The notes below the pieces were generated by a model that was not told the DNA's origin, did no database searches, and saw only the letters and a list, made by a program, of their open reading frames with translations. Positions 37,123 through 46,850 of a DNA stretch of 64,000 nt are shown here, in pieces. The translations under genes were made by a program, and so were the position numbers. The first letter of the stretch is position 1; the number at the start of each line of letters is the position of its first letter. This DNA is from a virus (Duplodnaviria; Caudoviricetes): IMG/VR virus record IMGVR_UViG_3300030098_005649. One strand, given 5' to 3'.

Positions 37123-40100
37123 ATGGGAATTTTACGAAAAACAGTCCGTACTCAAAATTATAATCAAGCAAATGTAGCATATCAAGACACCACATTGACT
37201 TCTGAAGTCTTCAATGTCGGTCAATTACCATCTACATTTCCAATAGGAAAGTCTGCATTTACTATTGCAGGTTCTACTTTACTTCGACCTAAAATAAAAT
37301 TACAAATAGAGTTGTTGGATGGAGATGGTAATGCAATTTATATCGAACCAGTAAAGGCTAATTATAATGAAAATTTTATTTATGTTAGTGTTGAGGTGTA
37401 TGATACGACAAAGAGTGGTGAGGGAACTATCACCATACTTGGTGAATTATCTGAGGCTGGATATACACAACTAACAGGACAATCATTACCAAGTGGATTT
37501 ATTGGTACTTATAATGTAAAGTGGGTACAACCAATCGTAATAGATGTAACTGAAAAAAATACTCAACCAATACGATTTTACAAACAACCAAAGATAGATA
37601 TATTTGAAGACCAAGGCTTTTATACCGAAACAAACGACCCAGCACCAGTAACTCAAAGTGTAAATGTAAAGTCAAATCCACCACAGCATGTGTTGAGTAA
37701 AATTTACACACCAACCGAAATAGAACTAATACGAAAGAACTCAAGAGTCTCTACATTGAGAGAGTTGATTGGTGGTGGTTCTTCACATATTCAACAAGTT
37801 TCTGATGAACCTCTTGTAAACTATCCAATAACAAGAGTTCAAGGTAATGCAGATTTTTCTTCAAGACATATAGGTCAAAATATTCAGATAGGATTATCGA
37901 CAAGTGATATAAAAGAAGACTTGGAATCTTATGAAGAATTAGAGACAAATTATACATCATCAATCGTAAGGGTTGATAATAAAGATACTGCATATCCATT
38001 ATTACCACCATTTGCAGTAGACACGAGAAATGGTAATCGTAGACCAGTTTCTATAAAATTTACAAAAATTGCAAGTGTAATATCACAAGATATAGGGACA
38101 CCAACTGCAGCTGGATATAATGTTGTTAGTTATGTTGATTTGAGATTGAATAGTATTAGAACATTTTCTGGTGAGGTAAATAGAGTAAAAGTTTATATGA
38201 GGTCTGCTGGGAGTACGGCAGACTTTGAACAAATTTATGATTCACCACTTGAATCTGGCGAGTTATTCAACGATGATACAATTGTTGGGGATGCTAAAAG
38301 ATTAGGTTGGTTTTATAGTAAGACTCATCTCAATAATAAATTTTCATTTCAAATAGGTTCAGAGGACGATCCTGAAGATATAAATCCTGGCTCTACAGAT
38401 CCTTATTTTCCTGTTACATCAAGTGTGTATTTGACAGATGCTGTAAACATATCAGGAAGTAATGCAGATACTTTCTCTAATCTAAAATTTCAAAATAGTA
38501 CATTGATGGATTTCAAAGGAGATACTGATTATGTAATATCTGCAAATGTATATGTAAAACAAGGTAAAAAAATAGGTGCACCAGCACATCTCGATGGAGA
38601 AAAAGGTTCTGTATTAGAATTTAGAATAAGTGGTTCTGCATTTCAAGTACAAAGTAATAATGTTTTGAAACATTATGGACAACGAGTTATGCAAATGTCA
38701 AGTGGTCTTGGACAATTTTTTACACCTAACTATCCTGAATCATTACCACCAGGAACTAATCAAGGATATGCATTTGGTGGACTTGGTAAAGTTACTGCAA
38801 CATTCAGACCTAACTCTGATGGTAATGGTAAACTATCAATACTATCAAGAATTGGAAGTCATCACATATCTGATGTGTCAATAAAACCACTAAGGTCTGA
38901 TGGGTTTAGTCCAAATTTTTATAGAACAAGAATACCAGTACCACACTTATTGACACGACCTGATAGTGTAACTTTTTTAGTTGAGTTTTATGATAAGAAT
39001 AATAATATTGCAGATGTAACTATTGTTAGTGAACCAAAAACATTTGAAGGACCTAATCTAACAATTGAGGGAACTGATAATGTATTGAGTGGTTCTATGT
39101 TTCTTGGAGATGCAAGTGGTTCGGGTATTGAACAATCTGGTACAAACTCAGGATTGATTCGTTCTATTGGATATCAAGGATTTGCAAGTGCATCAATGGG
39201 AAGTGGTTCAGGATTCTTATTATATTCTGGTTCTGTTTTACCTGAAAGTGGTGACAATTATGATGGTGTTGGATTAGAATTACACGATGGTGTTAGTGGT
39301 TCTATGAGATTTAGAACAGACTTGGGTGTATTTGAGGTAAACACACCAGCATTTTTCTTAGGTAGTAATTCACAATTTGTTAGTGGTTCAAATGGAAACA
39401 TAGAAATAAGTTCGAGTGACTTTCATTTGACTACGGATGGTGATGTCACTGCATCAAAATTTTTATTAGAAGGTGGTAGAATAACAGGTGATGTTACGAT
39501 TGAGGCAAGTCTTACTGCAAACTCAATTTCTACACCAACAGGTGCAGCAACACCAAGTGCATCTATATCTGCAGATGGACTTGCAAGTTTTGTATCTGCA
39601 TCAATCGGTGGATTTGATGTATCTGCACAAGGACTTACTGTACTTCCATCAGGACCATCACCTGGTGAATATGACCCTGCAATAGACCTCGATACGAGTA
39701 ACAGAAGAATTGCTATAAATCCAAGTAACTCTCAAGGTACATCTTACGGAGATACAGGAATACAATTAGAATTTAATAGTGGAAATCCAAGAGCATTTAT
39801 TGGAAAGAGTAATGCTGGATTTATGAAGTTTGATGATGGAATTCTTGAAATTAGTTCTTCAGCATTTATACTTGGTAAGGTAGGAGATGGTGGTCAGTTC
39901 ATAAGTGGTAGTAATGGTAATGTAGAAATAAGTTCAAGTAACTTTCATTTATCTGCAAGTGGTGATGTTGTGATGGCAGGAGAGATAACTGCACAAAGTG
40001 GTGAAATTGCTGGATATACTATAGGAACAGGAAAACTAACAGTTGGTGATAGTCCTGGTGTAAATATTAGTGGTAGTGGTGTTATAGTTGCTGGAGATAT

Positions 40101-42654
40101 TACAGATCCAGGTGGTCAAGCTGCAGCTTACTTTGGTGTTCTTAGAGAGAATGGTGGAACTTCAGGAGTTTCTGCATCACTTTTCGATGATGTTGGTGAA
40201 CCTGTACCTGGACTTGGTAATGGTACTTTTACAGGAGGTACACATTTAGGATTTCAAGTTGATGCTGGAAATTACTTCAAACTTGTAAATTCAGAACCAC
40301 AATTCAGAGTAGGTGATAGAGGACAAGAAAATTATATTGGTTATGATGGTGGTGAACAAGTACTAACCATAACCTCATCTGTAGCAGATATTAGATTCTC
40401 GGAAACATATGATGATTCACATTTTCGTATTAGTGGTTCTGATGTTAGATTATCAGCTCCAAGATTTTACTTGGGTGGTAATACACAATACATTAGTGGT
40501 AGTAATGGGTTCATAGAAGTAAGTTCAAGTAACATTCATATAGAACGAGATGGTAATTTGACGGTTAGACGAGTTACCGCAAATGACGGATTTATTGGTG
40601 GTAGTGGTGGATTTGGAATTAAAGATTCATTATTACACTCACCTGCTAGTGCAATAAATTCTCCAATTTCACAACCACCACCAAATCAATTGAATTTTGA
40701 AACAGGTGGAAACAAAACTGGTAGAAGATTTGCAATTTTGGCAGATTACACTGGTTCTTTTGGTTATTATATGATAGATGCTGGTATAGATGGAGACCAA
40801 ATTGCAGTAGCTATGATGTCGGCCTCTACTAAAACAACAGAAGATGATGATGGTGCTGTAACTGCACATAGTGAGTTGGGATTCTATGGACAAGGTAATG
40901 CAAAATCTATAGAGGGTAAGGAACAAAAAGTATATCGGAAGATGATAGTAAGTGCAATAACACCTGAAACCACACCTTCTTGTTTTCTAAAAAACACTAT
41001 GATTACTATGGCGGATGGTAGTGAGTTACCAATACAAGATATAGAAGTTGGAATGAGAGTATTGTCATATAATGAAGATTTAGATGATGTTGTTGCAAGT
41101 AAAGTAACGGAAGTATTTTATCATCCAGCCGAACACACCGATGAATATTTTATAATAAATGATAAAATTTTTGTCACGGGTAATCACGAGATTTATACAC
41201 CAAATGATAGATATAATATTATTACTGGTGATGTCTATAAAACTGATTGGAGTAAGTGGTTACGAGTAGATAGGATGCAAGTTGATGATGTATTGGTTGA
41301 TTCTGATTTGGTAGAACATAAAGTAGAATCTATAGAAAAAATTATACGAACACCAATAGAGACTTGGAACTTGGAAGTAGAGAATACCCATACATATTTT
41401 GCAGAAGGATATATTGTACACAATGGTGCACCAGCATCACCATCTGGTAAGAATGTTGCAAGTGGTGAGTTTTCAACCATACCTGTTAGAGATGAATACA
41501 ATATGCACACCTCAGGATCTGCAAATAACATTACTGGTGCAAGAGAAGGTGATGTGTTTGGTCACAAAAATGCAACTATGCAAATTAGAGATATAATGAG
41601 AGTGGTATCTCAAAGTGTTGTAAAGGCAGCTGCTCATACTCTGGTTAGTGACCATAGTGGTTCGATATTTGCAGTTGGTGATAGAAATATTACAAATCTT
41701 GGTGCAAAAAGAGAAGTTAGTAGGTCTTATGCGGCTGCATCTACACTAAAAGGATTTTTTGTACAAAAAACTGCATACTATGTAGAGAGAAAAACTTCTC
41801 CAAATATAGGAAATGCAACCTTTCCAGCTTTTTCTGCATTTATGGGTTCTTTTGGTAGTGGGGGTACATCATTTGGTATATTTATGGATGAACCAGAAGC
41901 GATTATTAGAACTACTTCAGACCATACATTTCGTCTTACTGGACTAACATCATTACAAATACCACGAAGTCTTGCTTCATTTAGTGATACTACCGACCAA
42001 GACTATCAAGAAAGATGGAGAGTTGGTGGACATTTAGCAAATGGTATGATGTATTATAGAGAGCATGACAATTCACTTCGTATTTATGAGGGTGGATGGT
42101 TAGGTGAGACTTTTACATTCACAGGTGCTCACCATTCATTACCCAACGATAATGATATAAATCATTATACTGCATCAATTGATAGAAAAGGTGATATAAC
42201 TGATAGTGATTATAGAGGAAAGATTGTGGTGGCATCTGATGGTTATATGTATAAAAACAACATAGAAAATAAAGATGCAATTATGATTAGTCAGGCGTGG
42301 ACAAAAGTAAATCTATCCACTACACATAAGGATAAAAAAGTATATGGTGTGATTTCAGATTATTCAGAAAGAGTGAGTGGAAGTGATATGTTGGTTGTCA
42401 ATTCTGTTGGTGAGGGTGGTATTTGGATATGTGATGCAAGTGGTAGTTTTGAAAATGGTGATTATATAACAACTTCAAAAATACCTGGATATGGATGTAA
42501 ACAAGATGATGATTTGTTACATAATTATACGGTTGCAAAAATAACAAACGATTGTAATTTTGAAAGTGGAAGTCAGTATATTACTGGTTCTGTAACACAC
42601 GATGGTGTTGAGTATAAAACTGCATTTATTGGTTGTACTTATCATTGTGGATAA
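37123..42654 (+). CDS. Long tail fibre/spike (1843 aa) with Hint domain and C-terminal peptidase-G2-like auto-cleaving chaperone
   Basis: Beta-rich Gly/Ser repeats; Hint CFLKNTMI...IVHN; C-terminal FTGAH..KVYGVIS..VNSVGEGGIWICD..GDYITTS..GYG.KQ.D..HNYTVAK..CTYHCG. Confidence 0.75.
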   Translation: MGILRKTVRTQNYNQANVAYQDTTLTSEVFNVGQLPSTFPIGKSAFTIAGSTLLRPKIKLQIELLDGDGNAIYIEPVKANYNENFIYVSVEVYDTTKSGEGTITILGELSEAGYTQLTGQSLPSGFIGTYNVKWVQPIVIDVTEKNTQPIRFYKQPKIDIFEDQGFYTETNDPAPVTQSVNVKSNPPQHVLSKIYTPTEIELIRKNSRVSTLRELIGGGSSHIQQVSDEPLVNYPITRVQGNADFSSRHIGQNIQIGLSTSDIKEDLESYEELETNYTSSIVRVDNKDTAYPLLPPFAVDTRNGNRRPVSIKFTKIASVISQDIGTPTAAGYNVVSYVDLRLNSIRTFSGEVNRVKVYMRSAGSTADFEQIYDSPLESGELFNDDTIVGDAKRLGWFYSKTHLNNKFSFQIGSEDDPEDINPGSTDPYFPVTSSVYLTDAVNISGSNADTFSNLKFQNSTLMDFKGDTDYVISANVYVKQGKKIGAPAHLDGEKGSVLEFRISGSAFQVQSNNVLKHYGQRVMQMSSGLGQFFTPNYPESLPPGTNQGYAFGGLGKVTATFRPNSDGNGKLSILSRIGSHHISDVSIKPLRSDGFSPNFYRTRIPVPHLLTRPDSVTFLVEFYDKNNNIADVTIVSEPKTFEGPNLTIEGTDNVLSGSMFLGDASGSGIEQSGTNSGLIRSIGYQGFASASMGSGSGFLLYSGSVLPESGDNYDGVGLELHDGVSGSMRFRTDLGVFEVNTPAFFLGSNSQFVSGSNGNIEISSSDFHLTTDGDVTASKFLLEGGRITGDVTIEASLTANSISTPTGAATPSASISADGLASFVSASIGGFDVSAQGLTVLPSGPSPGEYDPAIDLDTSNRRIAINPSNSQGTSYGDTGIQLEFNSGNPRAFIGKSNAGFMKFDDGILEISSSAFILGKVGDGGQFISGSNGNVEISSSNFHLSASGDVVMAGEITAQSGEIAGYTIGTGKLTVGDSPGVNISGSGVIVAGDITDPGGQAAAYFGVLRENGGTSGVSASLFDDVGEPVPGLGNGTFTGGTHLGFQVDAGNYFKLVNSEPQFRVGDRGQENYIGYDGGEQVLTITSSVADIRFSETYDDSHFRISGSDVRLSAPRFYLGGNTQYISGSNGFIEVSSSNIHIERDGNLTVRRVTANDGFIGGSGGFGIKDSLLHSPASAINSPISQPPPNQLNFETGGNKTGRRFAILADYTGSFGYYMIDAGIDGDQIAVAMMSASTKTTEDDDGAVTAHSELGFYGQGNAKSIEGKEQKVYRKMIVSAITPETTPSCFLKNTMITMADGSELPIQDIEVGMRVLSYNEDLDDVVASKVTEVFYHPAEHTDEYFIINDKIFVTGNHEIYTPNDRYNIITGDVYKTDWSKWLRVDRMQVDDVLVDSDLVEHKVESIEKIIRTPIETWNLEVENTHTYFAEGYIVHNGAPASPSGKNVASGEFSTIPVRDEYNMHTSGSANNITGAREGDVFGHKNATMQIRDIMRVVSQSVVKAAAHTLVSDHSGSIFAVGDRNITNLGAKREVSRSYAAASTLKGFFVQKTAYYVERKTSPNIGNATFPAFSAFMGSFGSGGTSFGIFMDEPEAIIRTTSDHTFRLTGLTSLQIPRSLASFSDTTDQDYQERWRVGGHLANGMMYYREHDNSLRIYEGGWLGETFTFTGAHHSLPNDNDINHYTASIDRKGDITDSDYRGKIVVASDGYMYKNNIENKDAIMISQAWTKVNLSTTHKDKKVYGVISDYSERVSGSDMLVVNSVGEGGIWICDASGSFENGDYITTSKIPGYGCKQDDDLLHNYTVAKITNDCNFESGSQYITGSVTHDGVEYKTAFIGCTYHCG
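39350..40541 (+). repeat. Three diverged ~27-aa repeats F.LG...Q(F/Y)(V/I)SGSNG.(I/V)E(I/V)SSS.(F/I)H in the tail fibre
   Basis: Copies near 39350, 39862 and 40461. Confidence 0.7.
40981..41424 (+). other. Hint (intein-like/BIL) auto-processing domain, 148 aa, no homing endonuclease
   Basis: Cys1 CFLKNT, block B TGNHEI, block F TWNLEVENTHTYF, terminal VHN; next residue is Gly. Confidence 0.85.
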
Positions 42655-42668
42655 CATAGGAGAAAATA

Positions 42669-43151
42669 ATGTTAGTAAATTTCGATGAAATAATTGAAGT
42701 CGTATTACATCACGAGGGTGGATATGTAAACGACCCAAAAGATCCAGGTGGAGAAACTAATTTTGGTATAGCCAAAAGAAGTCATCCTGATGTGGATATC
42801 AAGAACCTCACAAAAGATGGGGCAAAAGAAATCTACAAAGAACACTATTGGGATAAAAATAAGGTAGAATCTTTACCATTACAACTCAGACACATTTATT
42901 TTGATATGTGTGTGAATCAAGGTAAGGGTAGGGCTGTAAAAATATTACAAAGAGCAGCTAATGCAAAGGGTGCTGAATTGAAAGTAGATGGTGGGTTAGG
43001 ACCTAAAACAATTGGTGCAATATCTGATTCCAATGTAGAGTTAGATAGAGTTAGGGCATATAGAATCAAATACTATGCTGACTTGGTAACTCGTAGACCA
43101 GAATTGGAAAAATTTTATTTTGGTTGGTTCAAGCGAGGATTAGAAGTATAA
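42669..43151 (+). CDS. Endolysin, glycoside hydrolase family 108 with C-terminal PG-binding region
   Basis: HEGGYVNDPKDPGGETNFGI; DGGLGPKT; FYFGWFKR. Confidence 0.92.
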   Translation: MLVNFDEIIEVVLHHEGGYVNDPKDPGGETNFGIAKRSHPDVDIKNLTKDGAKEIYKEHYWDKNKVESLPLQLRHIYFDMCVNQGKGRAVKILQRAANAKGAELKVDGGLGPKTIGAISDSNVELDRVRAYRIKYYADLVTRRPELEKFYFGWFKRGLEV

Positions 43152-43202
43152 AAAAATATTATACTGATATTTATAAATGTAACTCATTATAGGGAAAATT
43201 AT

Positions 43203-43529
43203 ATGTCTGCATACAAACAATTTTTTACAAAAGCATTGAAGAAATTTGGAATAAAATCTATCAATGATATAACACCTGCAAAGAAAAAAGAATTCTTCAA
43301 TTACATTGATAAAAATTGGAAGGGTAAGAATGAGAATATGTATGAAAATATGTATGACGATTCACAAAAACAATTGGCTATTTCACGAATAGGAATGTTT
43401 GAGGATAATATCAAAAAATCCATAAAAAGTATAGCCATAAGAGATAAGAAAAAGGCTACAGAAATAATGAGACTTTATAAAAAACATATTATAGAATTTA
43501 AACTTGGTGTCCAAAAGGTACTCAATTAA
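43203..43529 (+). CDS. Hypothetical T4-like head-region protein
   Basis: YKQFF.KALKKFG......KKKEFFNYIDKNW module; ATATTTAT at 43167-74. Confidence 0.6.
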   Translation: MSAYKQFFTKALKKFGIKSINDITPAKKKEFFNYIDKNWKGKNENMYENMYDDSQKQLAISRIGMFEDNIKKSIKSIAIRDKKKATEIMRLYKKHIIEFKLGVQKVLN

Positions 43530-45601
43530 TGAAGAAAGGATACCACACTTGACCATATAGTGGGGAAGAACATCCAGTTGGGATGAAACACGAGGAGCAA
43601 CTTATGACAATGTTTGGAAAAAGAGTAGAAGAAGGTATAGACTTATTTTTAGAAAAGAATGTACCTACTAACCCAAGTAAGTGGGCCTACTATAAAGCAC
43701 AAGCAAAAAAGAAATTCGATGTCTATCCATCTGCATATGCCAATGGATGGGCTGCAAAACAATATAAGGCTGCTGGTGGTGGATGGAGAAAAGAGAAAAA
43801 GAAGAAGAGAGAAGTGGTTGAAGATGTTGGTATTTACAAAGAAGTAAAAATAGGTCGTTATGATATTGGTATGGGTTCAAAGGGTAATGGTATTACATTA
43901 TGGAATCGTAATGTAGAGAAGGCTGGTGATTATAAAAGTATTGCTCATATTGCACCTAATGGAAAAGTTACTAACTATGAAAAAAGACAACCTAAAGAAG
44001 TTACTGCTTTTATTATGAAAATTGCTCAAGGTATGAAAGATAAACCAGTTGGTGAAGTAAATGAGAAAAAGGGAGATTTTCTTGACTCATTATTTCCAAA
44101 GGCAAAAGTACAGAAAGCAATCAAGATAGCAAAAAAGATGAGTGGTAATATGACAGGTGCTGTAAAGGCTATTGAGAAGTTTTTTCCTGGTATGTCTAAA
44201 CATACCCAAGTTCAAGATGCTCTTCGTGCTGCAAACGAGGGACTTGGTGATATGATTGGTAAGAAAGTTTCTAAACATAAAGGTTCTCGAAATATTCTAT
44301 CTAAAGCCGATGGTATAAAAAAAGTCAAATCAATGCAAAAAACTGGTGGGGCAAAAATTTATAAAGTTGATAAGGTAAAAACTCGATTGGGTGGAGAACT
44401 TATCACTATGTATAATTTATATACTAAAAATACAAATCATTCTTCTATGTCAAATCCATATGGATTGGAAATGATGAGAAGTGGTAATAAGGCTGCATAT
44501 CTTGTACCAGTAAAAGAATCTATAAACGAAGAAAAATATGTTGTTTATACTGGTAGTGGAGTAAAGGGTAGAAAGATTGTAAAACACGGATTGTCTCATA
44601 TGGGTGCAAAAAGACTATATAATAAGTTAGTCAAGACAGATAATTATGATGAAGTTGGATTTGATGACCATAAGAGTTGGAATCAAAACAATATACGAAA
44701 GGTAGATGAGTTGGTAACACCAATGGCTGTAAGTAATCCAACTGCATATAATGCATTATTGAATAAACAGATTGCAAAAGATACAAAAGTAAAAACTGCT
44801 TTGAATAATAAAGACCATAAAATGCACGGTAAGGCAAAAAGTTTAGTTCAAAGATTCTTAGATAAATTCAAAAAGAAGAATGGTAAGAAAGACGATAAAC
44901 CAAAAAAGATGTCTAAAACAGACCAAGATTTTTATAAGAAAATGTACAATATCGGTGAGGGTTTTGGTGGAGAACTAAAAGGAAAAGATAAAGAAAAATT
45001 TGAAAAGTGGAGAAAAGAAAATGCCACTCAGTTAGGTATGGAACTTTTAGAATCCTCAGAAAAATTTGCAAAAATGGCAAAAAAAAGAGGATTTGTAAAA
45101 AGAGGACAAAGTGAAAAAGAAAGAGAAAAGGGTATTGTAGATTATCTAAAAAAACATGCTAATAAAGATATCAAAGGTGCTTATCCAGACCCTTATGTGA
45201 GAAGATTACAGATACCAGGTCACGGTCCCGCACAAGATTGGTGGATGGATACTTGGTCAGTAGTCAAAAAGGTATTGGGTGAATCAATATTAGTAACTGA
45301 AGGAGTACCTGAAACTATACATCAACAACTTGGTGGTAAAAGATTTAATATGATGACTGGTGTAAAACAATTAGTCAATATAAAAAATAAAGGTCTCGGT
45401 ATAAAAATCGGTGGTGGTGCAAAAAAGAAAATAAACTATGTCGAAATAATGTATGACCGAGGTAAAGATTTATACGATGTGACATTTCACAAAATATTCA
45501 AAGGTAATTTGAAAAAAGTATCTGGACCATTCAAAGGTTTGGATGTAGAACAAATGATAAGAGTCTTTGAAAAAGAAACTGGTTTTTACACCAAATTTTA
45601 G
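43529..45601 (+). CDS. Lys-rich multi-module protein; track start 43583, probable true start 43529 with an in-frame TGA at 43550
   Basis: TAATG coupling at 43527-31 opens MKKGYHT*PYSGEEHPVG in frame with ATG 43583. Confidence 0.6.
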
Positions 45602-45611
45602 GAGAATAAAA

Positions 45612-45821
45612 ATGCAATTTTTTAGAGAAATGCTTTCAAGTGATGCAAAAATTTCAAGTAAGAGGTTTGTTGGTTTTATGGCTTTTGCTATGTTGATAGC
45701 AAGTTGGGGAGCTGATACCTTTTCTTCATTTGAAGTGAAGGATAAAATTTTAGAATGTTTTATGTACATATCAGTAGTTGGACTTGGAGTTACTGCAGCT
45801 GAAAAATTTGGGAAAAAATAA
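45612..45821 (+). CDS. Two-TM membrane protein, holin candidate (69 aa)
   Basis: GGAG SD before ATG 45612; SSKRFVGFMAFAMLIA and ISVVGLGVTAAEKF. Confidence 0.5.
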   Translation: MQFFREMLSSDAKISSKRFVGFMAFAMLIASWGADTFSSFEVKDKILECFMYISVVGLGVTAAEKFGKK

Positions 45822-46850
45822 ATGAAACTTCGTACTATAGCAATATCACTTATCAAGAATCTGAACAAAGAATTTAAAAAGTTCGATCCTGATAAAGTTG
45901 CAGACTTCAATAAGGTCGTAAAGTTTTTGGCAAAAAAGATGCCTACTTTGGCAAAAAGAGCACCAATTGCAATAGGACATATTGCAGAAGAGTATAGACT
46001 TTACAGAGCACAAAGACCATATCCATTTGTTGATGTTGATACCATAGAATCTGTTATGAAGAGATTGAAAAAATTAGGTATGGGTAAGATGAAAGAGATG
46101 TTGAATTATCCTAATTATCTAAAGAATGTAGGTAATGTACCTGGTATACAAAAAGATGGTGAACATCGATATTATAATCCTAAAACATCAAAGAAGAAGA
46201 AAAAGGTAAGTGAAAGAGTTTGGACTCCAGCACAAGAAAAAGCTGTAAATAAACTTGATATTGAATTCAATAAGTTGAGGAATAAAAAGGGAATAGAACC
46301 TTATTCCTATGAGGCATCACAATTATGGACAAGTGCTGGATTTAGAAAAAAGATGAGAAAGATATTTGGTAAGGACGAATCTATATCAGAATTGAAAGAC
46401 CACGAAGGTTCTATGGCAAAATCTCAACTTGAAAGAAGTATGAAGTATGCTAGAATGATTTATAAAATAATTGATAATGTTGGTAAGGGTGGAGAAGTAG
46501 GTTTTCCAGCGTGGGTTCAATCTAAATTGACTAAGGCTGAAGATTACCTACAGAGTGTTTATAATTACTTAGATGGTAAGGATGGGTTGGATGATAAGTT
46601 CCAAGAAAACTTGGGAGAGTCATTACCAAATAAAGTTAGTGATAAATTCAAAAAAATGAAACCAGCTCCATCGAGCGAAAAAAAAAGACTAAAACAATTC
46701 TATAAACATCACAAGTCACATTCGGGACCTCATATAACTGGACAAGGTGCAGAACCTGATACATATGATTGGGATGACCAAGATGGTAAAGAGGGTGGTG
46801 TTCAGAACAAAGAAAAAGACAAGAAAAAACGAGGCTATGAACCAGTATGA
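45822..46850 (+). CDS. Basic multi-module hypothetical protein
   Basis: Contains DHEGSMAKSQL...PAWVQSKLTKAEDYLQSVYNYL module. Confidence 0.6.
   Translation: MKLRTIAISLIKNLNKEFKKFDPDKVADFNKVVKFLAKKMPTLAKRAPIAIGHIAEEYRLYRAQRPYPFVDVDTIESVMKRLKKLGMGKMKEMLNYPNYLKNVGNVPGIQKDGEHRYYNPKTSKKKKKVSERVWTPAQEKAVNKLDIEFNKLRNKKGIEPYSYEASQLWTSAGFRKKMRKIFGKDESISELKDHEGSMAKSQLERSMKYARMIYKIIDNVGKGGEVGFPAWVQSKLTKAEDYLQSVYNYLDGKDGLDDKFQENLGESLPNKVSDKFKKMKPAPSSEKKRLKQFYKHHKSHSGPHITGQGAEPDTYDWDDQDGKEGGVQNKEKDKKKRGYEPV

Noticed and set aside
40981-41424. Mobile intein with homing endonuclease
   Set aside because: Only 148 aa, no LAGLIDADG/HNH insert, +1 residue is Gly; treated as a BIL-type domain.
37123-42654. Diversity-generating retroelement target
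   Set aside because: No reverse transcriptase and no near-identical TR/VR pair with adenine-specific differences; the internal repeats are old and diverged.
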